NCBI GenBank assembly: GCA_963716175.1
Contig: OY970296.1
Location: forward strand, 2,624,001-2,688,000
DNA length: 64,000 nucleotides
Direction of reading: 5' to 3'
Source of the DNA: an uncultured Armatimonadetes bacterium
GTDB lineage: Bacteria; Armatimonadota; Hebobacteria; Hebobacterales; Hebobacteraceae
Position numbers and translations under genes: made by a program. Under the pieces are notes generated by a model. The model saw only the letters and a program-made list of their open reading frames with translations. It was not told the DNA's origin and made no database searches. Below, piece by piece: positions 50,301-61,403 of this stretch (the first letter of the stretch is position 1; each line of letters opens with the position of its first letter).

Positions 50301-51973
50301 CTCCGCGTCCGTGCCGCCTCCGCGGTCTCCACCGGCGCGGGCTTCGGCTGAAGTGTGGCCAGATCGAGCGCCACGGGACGGTACTCCACGGCCACGCGCG
50401 GCTGAAGCGCCAGCGGAATCCGCTCATCCGCCATCACCGGCCACCAACCGGTGTTCGGCATGGCCACGAACTTCACCGCGCGCGCCTCCGCGCCGAGCGG
50501 CACGCGCTTGACGATCTGCTTGGTGGCCAGATCGACCGCCGCGAGATCGTTGCTCTGCCGGCAGATGATGTAGAGCCGATTGACCAGCTTCGGGGGCCAG
50601 GGGTCGCTTCGCTGCGGGTTGACATCACCGACAACGGCGAGACTCCACGGCTGGCCCGGCACGCTGATCTGGGACTCGACCTTGCGCGTCTTCGGGTTGA
50701 ACACGATCGCGCGGCCACCCGCGGCATCCGTTATATATAGCTTCTCATTCGCGAGCGTCATCGCCGAGAGGTAGCCCCCGATCCTGAAGGAGGCGAGCGC
50801 GCCAGACTTGTGGTCATAGACGCCCAGCCTGCCCAGGCTCGGCGCCAGGAACCACGTGGAGTACACCTTGGGATCGCCAGTGCCGTATTGGACGAGCGCT
50901 GCCGGCCCAGGATTGTCGCCGAAGCGGCTGACGATGCCCAGCAGCGCGATCCCGCGGGTGACCTCACTCACGTCGAAGACCCGGCGCGCCTTATTGAAGC
51001 CCACCTCGGCAAACTGGTGTCGTCCCGCGGGCTCGACCCATGAGCAGTCGCAGTCAGGGCCGCCGCACCCGGGCGGCGGCTTGCCATTGGATTCAGTGCT
51101 GACGAACTGCTGCTCGCCAGCTGGCGCCGGCTCCAGGGTGAACACGTCGAAGGGCTGCTGCTGGAAGCGCACGATCAGCCGTGCGGGCGGATTGCCCACC
51201 AGCTCGACGTTGATGGGCTGGGCCGGGAGGTCAACCTCGCGAATCATCTTCCCGGTCGCCGTGTCGAACCCCACCAGCCGCCTGCCGTCGCGGCAAGCCA
51301 CGTAGAGCACGCCGCCATGCAGCGCCAGCGACCAGGGCGTACCTGGCACGCTCATTGCTCCGAGGGCGGTACGCGTGTTCGCGTCGATTGCAACCACTCG
51401 GTCGCCGAGCGCATCGGCGATATACACTCGCCCCTTCTCCCGGTCGGCGACGATGTCGGCGACATAGCCCCCCACCTCGATCGCAGCGATGGGCTTCTCC
51501 GTCGCCGCGTCTATCGCGATCACCCGGCCCGCTGCCGGAGCGCTGGCGAACACGGTTGTGCCCACGCAGTCGAGCGCGTCCGGCCCGGGCTGGCGCACCA
51601 ATGGGTAAGGGAATCGCTTCGCCAGCTTCTGCTCGCCGGTTGGCCACCAGACGGGCCGCACTCGCAGCGTGGCGGGCCGATCAGTCTCGAATGGGAAGAT
51701 GAGCGCCGCGCCCGCCGCCGCGGGGTTGCCCGCCGTGGATGCGGCGGGCTGCAGGTAGCGCTCACCGGCCCCATTGGGACCACCCACCTCCCAGGCGCCC
51801 TCACGATCGGCCTGTTCCGCCGGCCAGATCGTCCACCCAGCCGCCTTGGGCATGGGGAAGGTCTGGGCCGCCGTGGCCTGCCGCCCCGACACAGCACCAA
51901 GCGCGCCCAGCGCTAGGGCGAGGGCCAATGCGGCTGGGAGCAAACGGAACAAAGATCGGCGGTGATGGAGCAT
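47383..51973 (-). CDS. Large secreted protein: YVTN-like beta-propellers plus heparinase II/III-like lyase module, frameshift near 47785
   Basis: Signal peptide, repeated GRVIAIDAAT / DRVVAIDANT blades, EHPRMFW, MMRSGW..., YVAGDAS, RQLVFLKPDFIVIYDRV. The true C-terminus continues in ORF 47383-47781. Confidence 0.7.
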
Positions 51974-52088
51974 GGGATCCCTCTCGCGGTCTGGTTTGCC
52001 GGCTCGCAGCAGAGCCGCCAACCTTTCAGGCGGCCCGGGTGGGGCCACCCCCCAGTTGGCACTAGAGCAGGCAGCGATCCGCAACATG

Positions 52089-52097
52089 ATTATAGCA
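52089..52097 (-). promoter_or_regulatory. Extended -10 promoter element for the large secreted protein
   Basis: TGCTATAAT on the minus strand about 115 nt upstream of the ATG. Confidence 0.45.
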
Positions 52098-52396
52098 GCG
52101 CTGTCAAGAGGGGAGCTTACGGAACCGCCGATGGACCCGGCAACAGCGGCGGGCATGCAGAGATGGCTAGGTCGCCAAGGGCAACCGCTGGCTAAGCCCG
52201 CCCTCGGCGGGCCGCCATCCCGGCCTTCAGGCCTAGGGACATGGCGGCCGGAGGCCTAGCCACATGCCCGCCCCACAACCGCTTACAGGATTCTGGGCCG
52301 GCCTGCCGAACTCACAGGAGTAGAGGCGTCCTCCGTGACCGCAGCGAGGCGTTGGTGGCAGAAGGCGTCAGGACGGCAGGACAGGGGAGAACCGCG

Positions 52397-52744
52397 ATGA
52401 AGCAGAGCAGAGTTGAAGAGCCGCTTCTTCCGCCGTGGGTGGCGAAGGCGGCGGCGAGGCTGGCGCCCCTGGCGGTCCTGGTGCTGCTGTGGTGGCTGCT
52501 GAGCAGCGTTTTCAACCTGCCCGGCACGACTCTGACGCTGGTTCTGATCGTACCTGGCTTCGCTGCTCTAGTGTACTTTGGCGGCCGCTTCTACAAGCCG
52601 TTCTACGTGAACAAGGAAGGCCGGTGTGTGGCGGGGGGCGCGAAGGAGAGAGCAGGGTGTCGGCATTACGTCCCTGGGGCCAGGCTGGGGGGTGGGTGTG
52701 GCCGGCTGAGGGAAAACGGCAGGTGCCGCTACGTGACAGGGTGA
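52397..52744 (+). CDS. Small two-TM protein with four C-terminal Cys
   Basis: GGGGAG RBS, two hydrophobic segments, then C..C..C..C in the soluble tail. Confidence 0.6.
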   Translation: MKQSRVEEPLLPPWVAKAAARLAPLAVLVLLWWLLSSVFNLPGTTLTLVLIVPGFAALVYFGGRFYKPFYVNKEGRCVAGGAKERAGCRHYVPGARLGGGCGRLRENGRCRYVTG

Positions 52745-52754
52745 GGGGATTCGG

Positions 52755-53594
52755 TCAGAAGCCCATGCGCAGCCTGTGGGAGATACCGTGCCGGTGCGCC
52801 AGGCGGGATATGGTGCTGCGGAGCTGGTCGGCATAGGCGCGATCGGCATCTCGATCTGAGCCCAACCAGCGGTAGTCCTCCACCAATTCGGGGAAGTGCT
52901 TCCCGGCCATCTCCCTCAGCGAGGCCGCTACCCCGGAGCGGAAGTTGACCCGGTCAACGTAGATGTGGGTTACCGGCAGCTGGGCCACCGCGGAGAGCAG
53001 GGCGCTCAGGTTCTCCTTCTGATCGGTCAGCAGCGGCAAGAACGGACCCAGGAAGGCCCACACCTTGAGACCCCGCTCTGCCGCTTCCCTCAGCACCGCC
53101 AGCCGCTCGCGGCCGGGCGAGGCCTGGGGCTCGATCGCCCGGCACAGACCCTCATCCAGCGTAGTGATGCTGACGCCTATGTCCGCCGGCTTCCCCTCGA
53201 GCAAGGGCAATACCTGCCGCACCAGTGCACTCTTGGTGAGGATGGAAACCGGCCAGCCATTGTCGGCCAGGATGCGGACGCATTCTCCACTCAACCCATA
53301 CCTGGCTTCGAGCGGCTGCCAGCCATCGCACACCGAGCTGAGGATGACCGGGCCCGGCGGCTTGCGGCGCACCTCGCGTGCCAGCACCTCGGGCGCGTTT
53401 GTCCTCGCGTCCACGAACGTGCCCCAGGGCTCGCGGTGCCCGGTGAACCGCTTCATATACCGAGCATAGCAGTACTGGCAGCCGTGCTCGCATCCGACAT
53501 AGCAGTTGATGGCGTAGTCGGCGGGCAAGCCGGTCGCGGTGAGCACAGACTTGCAGATGATCTCGCGCCGTGTCATGTGAGCAGCGATCGTCAC
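52755..53594 (-). CDS. Radical SAM protein, spore-photoproduct-lyase-like family
   Basis: INCYVGCEHGCQYCYAR, ILTKS, SITTLD, EP.A..RL. Alternative start at 53576. Confidence 0.88.
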   Translation of the reverse strand: MTIAAHMTRREIICKSVLTATGLPADYAINCYVGCEHGCQYCYARYMKRFTGHREPWGTFVDARTNAPEVLAREVRRKPPGPVILSSVCDGWQPLEARYGLSGECVRILADNGWPVSILTKSALVRQVLPLLEGKPADIGVSITTLDEGLCRAIEPQASPGRERLAVLREAAERGLKVWAFLGPFLPLLTDQKENLSALLSAVAQLPVTHIYVDRVNFRSGVAASLREMAGKHFPELVEDYRWLGSDRDADRAYADQLRSTISRLAHRHGISHRLRMGF

Positions 53595-53616
53595 CGAGGC
53601 CGCCGCGCCGAAAGCG

Positions 53617-53916
53617 TCATCGTTTGAAAGCGCTCAGCCCCGTGACCAATGCGGGCAGGCCGCCCGCCATGAAAGCCGCGCGCACGGTCTCGGCAATCTC
53701 CTGCTCGCTCGCCCCCTGCTGCCGCGCTCGCTCCGCAATCGCCGCCACCCCGTCGCGGTGGCCCAGGATGGCGTCGCCCAGCATTGACATCAGGGTCTTG
53801 GTCTTAGCATCGAGCGCCCCATCGGCGTCGGCCACTCCCATCAAATCCACCAATTTCGCTGCGAATTCCGGATCCTTCTGATCCAGCGGTTTGAGGAAAG
53901 GGGGAACCTGTACCAT
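53617..53916 (-). CDS. Carboxymuconolactone decarboxylase (CMD/AhpD-like) family protein
   Basis: DGALDAKTKTL, GASEQEIAE, GGLP. AGGAGG RBS. Confidence 0.85.
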   Translation of the reverse strand: MVQVPPFLKPLDQKDPEFAAKLVDLMGVADADGALDAKTKTLMSMLGDAILGHRDGVAAIAERARQQGASEQEIAETVRAAFMAGGLPALVTGLSAFKR

Positions 53917-54160
53917 TTCCAGCCTCCTGTCCACGGCTATCATACTGTGGCTGGATTCTGCGTCTCGACGCTCTTCTCCCCTTACAAAGACAGCCACTGG
54001 TCACATAGGCCTGGCGAGACAGGCCAGGGGCCGGCAGGCTCAAGGCGCGGCCCGGGCTGACCGACAATAGCTAAGGGTGCCTACGGGCTGTATCACGGCC
54101 CAGTCAGCGAGCGCTGAGAGCGTCTTGCTGGGCTTCGGTTCTGGCCAGCACCACAGGGCA

Positions 54161-57130
54161 ATGCACCATATATCGCATCAGGCTGTTCTGGCGAGTGGGC
54201 TGCTACTGGCTGGCTTGGTGGCAGTCTGCATCATCCTGCTTCTGGAGCGAGCCGAGGCCCGCCGTCGGTGTGCCGCTGAGGTACTCAGGGCCAAGCGAGG
54301 CCTGGAATGCGAGATCGCGGAGCGCGAGCGCGCGGAGCAGGAGGTGCGGGAATCGGAGCAGAGATACCGTACGCTGGTGGACTCCGCGCCCGATCCCATT
54401 TTCGTGCTCAGTGAAAGTGGTGAGTTCCTGGCCGCAAACCAGGAGGCCGGGCGCGTGATCGGCAGAACCGCCGAGCAGGTGGTCGGGTTCAGCGTGCCTG
54501 AGCTGTTTCCTCCGGCGGTGGCCGACCAGCAGATGAGCGCCATTCGGGAAGTGTTCAAGACCGGCATGCCGCTGGTACCGGATACCGTGCTGATCCCCGG
54601 TCCGGAGGGTGATCGATGGTACTCGCCCAGGATCGCCCCCCTTAGAGATGCCCAGGGCAAGATCACCTCCGTGCTGGGCATCGCCCGTGACATCACCAAG
54701 CGCAAGCAAGCAGAGGAGGTGGAGCGAATCAGCAACAGCAGGTACCGCACGCTGATAGAGGCCCTCCCGCAGAAGATATTCCAGAAGGACCAGAACAGCG
54801 TCTACGTGGCCTGCAACGAGAACTACGCGAGGGACTTGGGGATTACCCCTGCCGAGGTTGCGGGAAAGACGGACTACGATTTCTTCCCCAGGGAATTGGC
54901 CGATAAGTACAGGGCGGACGACACGGCAATGATGGCATCGGGGAAGACGGCGGAGTTTGACGAGGCCTATCTCGAAGATGGCGAAAAGAGATTCGTACAT
55001 ACGGTCAAGACCCCGGTCAAAGACGAAGACGGAAACGTCACCGGCATCCTGGGGATATTCTGGGATATCACCGCGCGCAAGCAGGCCGAGGAGAAGCTGG
55101 CGACCGCCTACCGTCAGTTGGAGGAGACCAACAACGAGCTGAGACGCGCCATCGCCCAGACGAACGACTTGGCGATCCAAGCCGAGAAGGCGAGCATCGC
55201 CAAGAGCCAGTTCCTGGCCAACATGAGCCATGAGATCCGCACCCCCATGAATGCCATCATGGGCATGGCGGAGCTGGCGCTCGACACCAAGCTCACCTCC
55301 GAGCAGCGCGAGTACCTGATTGCGGTGCGCGAGTCGGCCAACTCTCTCCTGGATCTGATCAATGACATCCTCGATCTGGCCAGGGTGGAGGCCGGCAAGC
55401 TCGACCTGGAATTCATAGACTTCCACCTGCGGGACAGCCTGGGTGACGCGCTGAAGGTGCTCGCCCTCAGGGCGCATGAGAAGGGGCTCGAGCTAGCCTA
55501 CGAAGTCTGCCCCGAGGTGCCAGATGTGCTCCGGGGCGATCCCAGACGCCTCCGCCAGATCGTCACCAATCTGGTGGGCAATGCCATCAAGTTCACCGAG
55601 CAGGGCCAGGTGGTGGTTCGCGTGGAAGCGGAGTCGGAGACGGAGGAGGAGGTCGGCCTGCACTTCTCGGTCGCTGACACGGGGATTGGCATTCCCGAGG
55701 ACAAGCAGCGGATCATCTTCGAGGCCTTCGCCCAGGTGGACAGCTCCGCCACACGGCGCTATGGCGGCACGGGCCTGGGCCTGACCATCTCCGGCCAGCT
55801 CATAGCGGAGATGGGCGGCCGGATATGGGTGGAAAGCAAGGTGGGGGAGGGCAGCACGTTCCACTTCGCCGTCCCCCTGGGCCGGGGAAAGCCGGTGCCG
55901 GCCCTGCCTGCACAGCCCTCGGACATGAAGAATCTGCCCGTGCTGGTGGTGGACGATAACACCACAAACCGCGGCATTCTGGCACACATGCTCACGAACT
56001 GGGGCCTGAAGCCAAGGACGACCGGGGAGGCGCAGGAGGCGCTGGCCGCGATGCGAGAGGCGACGCAGACCGGGCAGCCCTTCGCCTTGGTGCTGCTGGA
56101 TGTCCAGATGCCGGGGATGGATGGTTTCGCGGTGGCCCAGCAGATCAAGGATGATCCTGAGCTGGCCGGGACCAGGATCATCATGCTCACCTCTTCCGGG
56201 CGGCGAGGCGATGCGGCGCGCTGCCGGAAGCTGGGGGTTTCGGGTTACCTCACCAAGCCGGTCAAGCAATCCGAGCTGTGGGAGGCCATCATGACGACAC
56301 TCGGCCTGCCCGCCTCGGCTACCGAGCCGGCACCTCTCATCACTCGGCACTCGCTGCGGGAGAGCCGCCGCCGACTCCGCATCCTGCTCGCCGAGGACCA
56401 TCCGGTCAACCAGAGGGTCGCGGTCCGGATGCTCGAGAAGCGAGGGCACCTGGTGGTCGTCGCCAGGAGCGGCAAGGAGGCGGTTGCTATCGCCAGGGAG
56501 CAGCCGCTCGATCTGGTGCTGATGGATGTGCAGATGCCGGAGCTGGACGGATTCGAGGCCACTGCCGCCATCCGGGACCAAGAGAAGGCGACTGGAAAGC
56601 ATCTGCCGATCATCGCCATGACCGCTCATGCTATGGAAGGGGACCGAGAGCGTTGTCTCGCCGCCGGCATGGACGGATACGTGGCGAAGCCGGTGACCGC
56701 GAGAGGGCTCTTCGAGGCGATCGAGAGTGTGGCTCCGGCAGCGCGTGGGCCGGAGCTGGCGTCGACCGGAACCGGAGAGGCCGAGGAAGTGCTGGACAGG
56801 GATGCGCTGCTGGGCAGTGTGGAGGGCGACATGGACCTGCTGAAGGAGATCCTCGACCAGTTTGGGGAGGACCGCTCGAAGCTGCTATCAGAGATACGGA
56901 GTGCGATCTCCTACGGAGATGCGGAGGCGTTGGAGCACACCGCCCACACTCTCAAGGGCGCGCTGGGCGCGCTCGGGGCCAAGCGCGCCTTCGATGCCGC
57001 GCTCAGGCTGGAGATGATGGGACGCCGCGGCGATCTCTCGCGGGCGGGTGAGGCCAGTGCCGAGCTGCAAGAGGAAATCGAACGCCTGCAGCCGGCGCTC
57101 GCCGCGTTGGCAACAGGTGAGGTCAGGTGA
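54161..57130 (+). CDS. Hybrid histidine kinase (TM-PAS-PAS-HisKA-HATPase-REC-REC-Hpt)
   Basis: FLANMSHEIRTPMN, NLVGNAIKFT, GGTGLGL, two receiver domains, AHTLKG. Start is uncertain. Confidence 0.93.
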   Translation: MHHISHQAVLASGLLLAGLVAVCIILLLERAEARRRCAAEVLRAKRGLECEIAERERAEQEVRESEQRYRTLVDSAPDPIFVLSESGEFLAANQEAGRVIGRTAEQVVGFSVPELFPPAVADQQMSAIREVFKTGMPLVPDTVLIPGPEGDRWYSPRIAPLRDAQGKITSVLGIARDITKRKQAEEVERISNSRYRTLIEALPQKIFQKDQNSVYVACNENYARDLGITPAEVAGKTDYDFFPRELADKYRADDTAMMASGKTAEFDEAYLEDGEKRFVHTVKTPVKDEDGNVTGILGIFWDITARKQAEEKLATAYRQLEETNNELRRAIAQTNDLAIQAEKASIAKSQFLANMSHEIRTPMNAIMGMAELALDTKLTSEQREYLIAVRESANSLLDLINDILDLARVEAGKLDLEFIDFHLRDSLGDALKVLALRAHEKGLELAYEVCPEVPDVLRGDPRRLRQIVTNLVGNAIKFTEQGQVVVRVEAESETEEEVGLHFSVADTGIGIPEDKQRIIFEAFAQVDSSATRRYGGTGLGLTISGQLIAEMGGRIWVESKVGEGSTFHFAVPLGRGKPVPALPAQPSDMKNLPVLVVDDNTTNRGILAHMLTNWGLKPRTTGEAQEALAAMREATQTGQPFALVLLDVQMPGMDGFAVAQQIKDDPELAGTRIIMLTSSGRRGDAARCRKLGVSGYLTKPVKQSELWEAIMTTLGLPASATEPAPLITRHSLRESRRRLRILLAEDHPVNQRVAVRMLEKRGHLVVVARSGKEAVAIAREQPLDLVLMDVQMPELDGFEATAAIRDQEKATGKHLPIIAMTAHAMEGDRERCLAAGMDGYVAKPVTARGLFEAIESVAPAARGPELASTGTGEAEEVLDRDALLGSVEGDMDLLKEILDQFGEDRSKLLSEIRSAISYGDAEALEHTAHTLKGALGALGAKRAFDAALRLEMMGRRGDLSRAGEASAELQEEIERLQPALAALATGEVR

Positions 57131-58056
57131 AAATCCTGGTGGTGGACGACCAACCCGTGTATCGGCGCCTGATCGAGGCCGCGCTGCGGAAAGCGGGCCA
57201 TGGGTTGACGGTGGTGGCCGACGGCGAGCAGGCCTGGGAGACGCTGGAGCAGGAGGAATACGATCTGGCCGTGCTGGACTGGCTGATGCCGGGGATGGAC
57301 GGCGTCACCCTCTGCCGGCGACTGCGGCAGAGAGTGGGGACGCGCTACCTCTACATCGTCATCCTCACCGCCAAGGACGGGCTTGCTGATATGGTGAAGG
57401 GACTGGATGCAGGGGCCGACGAGTACCTGGTCAAGCCATTCAACCCCGAGGAGCTTCGCGCTCGCGTCCGCGCTGGCGGGCGGATTGTGGAACTGGAGCG
57501 GAGGCTGTCCCAGGCCAATGCGCAGCTCGCCGCCCTTGCTTCCACGGACGAACTCACCGGGCTGATGAGCCGCCGCGCCATTCTCCGACGACTACAGGAG
57601 GAGATCGGCCGCAGCCTGCTGGAGCGCCGCCGCCTGAGTGTAGTCCTGGTGGACCTGGACGGCTTGAAGCAGATCAACGACAGGTACGGACATGCCGTGG
57701 GAGATGCTGTCCTGAAGGAAGCCTCCCATCGGCTGACGGCCCTGCTTCGCCGCTACGACAGCCTGGGCCGACTGGGCGGAGATGAGCTGCTGCTCCTGCT
57801 CCCAGGCTCCAGCGAGACCGAGGCCTCAGGGATGGCCGAGCGGATGCGAGCAGCCCTGGCCGGGCGGCCCTTTCCGATGGAGCCGGACCTCTCTGTGCAA
57901 GTCACCGCAGGCTTCGGCGCGGCCGAGGTGGATGAGGCCGGCGATAGCAAGACCGTCTTGCTGCGAGCAGACGAGGCGCTTTACCAGGCAAAACGCCAGG
58001 GCGGGAACGCCGTCGGTGTCGCCTCTTCAGTGCTGGCAGGCGAGGCGACAGAGTAG
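57127..58056 (+). CDS. Response regulator diguanylate cyclase (REC-GGDEF)
   Basis: Receiver domain, DELTGL, KQINDRYGH..GD, RRYD I-site, GGDEL, ADEALYQAK. Confidence 0.9.
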   Translation: MKILVVDDQPVYRRLIEAALRKAGHGLTVVADGEQAWETLEQEEYDLAVLDWLMPGMDGVTLCRRLRQRVGTRYLYIVILTAKDGLADMVKGLDAGADEYLVKPFNPEELRARVRAGGRIVELERRLSQANAQLAALASTDELTGLMSRRAILRRLQEEIGRSLLERRRLSVVLVDLDGLKQINDRYGHAVGDAVLKEASHRLTALLRRYDSLGRLGGDELLLLLPGSSETEASGMAERMRAALAGRPFPMEPDLSVQVTAGFGAAEVDEAGDSKTVLLRADEALYQAKRQGGNAVGVASSVLAGEATE

Positions 58057-58070
58057 GCTGCAACTGCCGC

Positions 58071-59378
58071 TCACCCCAGCAGCCAGCCGAGCATGGCTGC
58101 GGCCAGGTGCGAGATCTCCGCGTGGTCGGAGACTGGCAGGAGCGTCCAGACGAAGGCGTCATCCCAGGTATGCATTCCCTGAAAGTGGGTCCTGGCGAAG
58201 ACCTCTTTTCCCTTCGTGCTGCCCTTGAGATCGAAGCCGTTACGGCCGATGGCCACCAGGTCGGGGCCATGCTGCGACCTTGCTCCCCGGTAGATCTCAT
58301 CCCGGGAGAAGACGCGCTCGATCACGGGCTCTCCCTCCCAGGTCAGATGGCGCAGGCCGTGGGCCAGCTCCTCGCGCAGCGGAGGCGCCTCCTCGGGGCC
58401 TACGCATCCCCTGGCGAAGCGGCCGCGCAGATGGAGGTAGATGCGTCCCGGGTCGAGGGCAAAGGCGCGGGAGGCGGCCGCGAGCTCAGCCACGGAGGCC
58501 GGCTCCTGCTGCTCGTAACTGAGATAGCCGTGGTCCCTCAGCCAGGCATTCACCCTCACCTCGTGCTCGACCGCGGTGAACCCGTGGTCCGACAGCAGCA
58601 GGACTCCCTCGCCCTCGCGGTCCCCCGAGCGGCCCTCGTGGAACCAGTCCCAGATGTCGCCGATCAGCGCGTCCACGGCCCGGTAATAGCGCATCGCCTG
58701 CTGGTGCCGGGGGTGGTCGTCCTGCTCGACCGCGCTCCAGAGGAAGTGGTGCAGGCGATCGGTGCCTGTGAGCACCACCTGGAAGTAGTCCCAGGCCTCT
58801 CGCTCCCAGAAGTACCGCGCCGCGCGTGCCCGCGCGGCCAGAGTGGCATCGAGCTCGGCGAGCAAGGCATCGGGGTCCTCGCGGGCGCGCTCGGTGCTGA
58901 CATCGACGCGGTACCCCATCCGCTGGAGGGCCGGGAGGTGCTCCTTGGGCCACACGCTCTTCGCCAGATCGGGGGCGACGAAGCCGGAGACGAGCGCGCC
59001 GGGCACCGGGCGCGCGGGGTAGGTGGCGGGCTGGTTGATGATGCAGCAGCGCCGCCCGGCCTCGCCCAGCCGATCCCAGAGTGTGGGCACTGCCAGATCG
59101 CCGAACCCCGGGAAGCGCAAGCGGTAGCTGTCCGCGGAGACGTCGGTGAAGCCGAAGATGCCATGCTCCCCCGGGTTGGAGCCGGTCATGAAGGAGGACC
59201 AACTGACGGAGGAAACCGGGGGAAGGGAGGCCCGCATCTGCCTGAGGCCTCCGGCCCGGATGATGTCGGCGGTGCGCGGCATCACGGACTGGTGCGCGAG
59301 CCGTTGCAGCAGCCCGATCGGCACCCCGTCCAGCCCCACCACGCAGACCCGCCTCTTGCTGCGGCGAGAGAAAGGCAT
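58071..59378 (-). CDS. Alkaline phosphatase superfamily protein (nucleotide pyrophosphatase/phosphodiesterase-like)
   Basis: GLDG, PPVSSVSWSSFMTGSNPGEHG, DRLHH, SDHGF, GMH. Confidence 0.85.
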   Translation of the reverse strand: MPFSRRSKRRVCVVGLDGVPIGLLQRLAHQSVMPRTADIIRAGGLRQMRASLPPVSSVSWSSFMTGSNPGEHGIFGFTDVSADSYRLRFPGFGDLAVPTLWDRLGEAGRRCCIINQPATYPARPVPGALVSGFVAPDLAKSVWPKEHLPALQRMGYRVDVSTERAREDPDALLAELDATLAARARAARYFWEREAWDYFQVVLTGTDRLHHFLWSAVEQDDHPRHQQAMRYYRAVDALIGDIWDWFHEGRSGDREGEGVLLLSDHGFTAVEHEVRVNAWLRDHGYLSYEQQEPASVAELAAASRAFALDPGRIYLHLRGRFARGCVGPEEAPPLREELAHGLRHLTWEGEPVIERVFSRDEIYRGARSQHGPDLVAIGRNGFDLKGSTKGKEVFARTHFQGMHTWDDAFVWTLLPVSDHAEISHLAAAMLGWLLG

Positions 59379-59410
59379 GACTCACCCCGGCTTGGTCGCC
59401 TCTGGCGACC

Positions 59411-60013
59411 TCAGATATAGCCCAGGTCGCGCAGCCGCTGCTTGATGCTCTCCTCTTCCTCTTCGCTGTAGCCACGGGTGTCACCGGCCGGGATATACCC
59501 CATCGTCTCCAGCGTGCCGATGATTTTGCCCACCGAGGTGTCAACGTCTTCCCGCCCGGTGTCGCAGACCACCTCGGGATGCTCCGGTGGCTCGTAGGGA
59601 TCGCTGACGCCAGTGAAGTGGGCGATCTCTCCTCGCAGCGCTTTCTCGTAGAGGCCCTTGGGATCGCGCGCGGTCAGGATCTCCAGGTCGCACTTGCAGT
59701 AGACCTCCACGAACCGGCCCACCAGCCTTCGGTTCTCCTCCCGGATCTCCCGGTAGGGGGAGATGGCGGCTGCTATCGCCACCACATCGTTGCGAGTAAG
59801 CAGGTGACAGATGAACCCGATGCGGCGGATATGGGTGTCGCGATCCTCCTTCGAGAACCCCAGCCCCTTGCTCAGGTTCAGGCGCACCACATCCCCGTCC
59901 AGCACCTCCACCTTCATCCCCCGCTCCAGCAGGATGTCGCGCACCTGCTCGGCCAGGGTGCTCTTGCCCGAGCCCGGAAGACCTGTGAACCAGAGAGTGA
60001 ATCCCTTCGCCAT
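59411..60013 (-). CDS. cysC: Adenylyl-sulfate kinase with extra acidic-LGY C-terminal tail
   Basis: [42 protein letters not shown]. Confidence 0.95.
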   Translation of the reverse strand: MAKGFTLWFTGLPGSGKSTLAEQVRDILLERGMKVEVLDGDVVRLNLSKGLGFSKEDRDTHIRRIGFICHLLTRNDVVAIAAAISPYREIREENRRLVGRFVEVYCKCDLEILTARDPKGLYEKALRGEIAHFTGVSDPYEPPEHPEVVCDTGREDVDTSVGKIIGTLETMGYIPAGDTRGYSEEEEESIKQRLRDLGYI

Positions 60014-60023
60014 GTCCCGCCTT

Positions 60024-61403
60024 TCAGATGATGGACTCGCCGATCATGTCCGCTGGCACTGCCACCCCAAACCACTTGAGAATGGAGGGCGCCACATCGT
60101 AGATGCGATACCGCTCGGCCCGCCGCGGCGACCAGCCGGGCCCAGGATCCCAGGCCAGCACTCCGTCCGGGAGGTGGTTGGCATCGTCCGGCCCGGTATC
60201 GTTCTCCCGCTGGTGGACGGCTCCCATCCCCACCGATCCCGCGGAGCGCCAGTCGAGATCGCCGAAGTAGACGATCAGGTCGGGCGCGATGTTGTTCACT
60301 TCCCGGTAGACCTCTTCCGGGCGGAACACCCGGGTGCCGATGGGAGCCTGGCGCTCGTCCCCCAGCGCCTCCAGGCCGGCCTTCACCTCCTCCCGGACTC
60401 GCTCGTACGCGCCTGGAGGAATGCATCCCTGCGGCTCCCGGCCGGCCACATTGAGGAAGATCCGCCCGTAATAGCCTCCCTCTCCCCAGGCCCTGGTATG
60501 GGGCCAGTCAACCATCTGGGGAGCTAAGGGCACTCGCCGCGCGGGCTGCTCTTTCAGCTTCAGGTAGCCCTGCTGCTGGAGCCACTCGTTGACGCAGATC
60601 GCCCCCTGCATCGCCTTCGCGCCATGGTCGGAAACCACCAGGAAAGAGGCGCCGTCCCCGGCCGCCTCCATGGTTCTGCCGATCTCCTCATCCAGGCTGA
60701 GATAGTAATCGTGCAGCACGTGCTGATAGGGATTGCCCGGCTGGTAGAGCCGATGCTCCGGGTCGCAGAACCGCCAGAAGCCGTGCTGGAGCCGGTCCGG
60801 CCCCATTTCCACCATCATGGCGAAGTCGAAATCGTCGCTCTTCAGCAGCGCCCGAAAGGCGCGGAAGCGCGCCGCGGTCATCTTCTTCACAGACGCCAGC
60901 AGGGCTGCTTTGTCCTCGGTGCGGAAGTCCTTGACATCTATCACGTACTCGCCGCCGGCGGCCTGATCCAACACCTCTTGAATCGCGGCCGGATAGGTGA
61001 AGGACACCTCTTTGCTCGGCGTGGTGAAATCGGACACCATGATTCCATGCAGGGGCTGAGGCGGGTAGGTCTGGGGCACGCCCATCACCAGCGACTTCAG
61101 GCGGCCGCGGGAGAGGTAGTTCCATACCGTGCGGGCTTTGATGGCGGTGGCGTTGGTCACGCGCAGAGCGTCGTACTCGTAGCTGGCGCGATTGCGGAAC
61201 CCATACACCCCCAGCATGCCGGGGTCCTTGGAGGTCATCATGGCCGTCCAGGCCGGGACCGTGATGGGGGGGATGGTGGAGTGCAGACGTCCGGATGTTC
61301 CCCGGCTCGCCAGCGCCTTGAGATTGGGCATCTCGCCCAACCAGGCCTCGAGCGCCCACTGGGGAGTCAAGCAGTCCAGTCCGATCACCACCAGGCGCTT
61401 CAT
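60024..61403 (-). CDS. Alkaline phosphatase superfamily protein (nucleotide pyrophosphatase/phosphodiesterase-like)
   Basis: [36 protein letters not shown]. Confidence 0.85.
   Translation of the reverse strand: MKRLVVIGLDCLTPQWALEAWLGEMPNLKALASRGTSGRLHSTIPPITVPAWTAMMTSKDPGMLGVYGFRNRASYEYDALRVTNATAIKARTVWNYLSRGRLKSLVMGVPQTYPPQPLHGIMVSDFTTPSKEVSFTYPAAIQEVLDQAAGGEYVIDVKDFRTEDKAALLASVKKMTAARFRAFRALLKSDDFDFAMMVEMGPDRLQHGFWRFCDPEHRLYQPGNPYQHVLHDYYLSLDEEIGRTMEAAGDGASFLVVSDHGAKAMQGAICVNEWLQQQGYLKLKEQPARRVPLAPQMVDWPHTRAWGEGGYYGRIFLNVAGREPQGCIPPGAYERVREEVKAGLEALGDERQAPIGTRVFRPEEVYREVNNIAPDLIVYFGDLDWRSAGSVGMGAVHQRENDTGPDDANHLPDGVLAWDPGPGWSPRRAERYRIYDVAPSILKWFGVAVPADMIGESII

Noticed and set aside
52755-53594. 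RiPP maturase role for the radical SAM protein
   Set aside because: It has SPL-like motifs, no SPASM domain and no adjacent precursor peptide.
58071-61403. Calling the AlkP proteins classical sulfatases
   Set aside because: They lack the C/S-x-P-x-R formylglycine motif.
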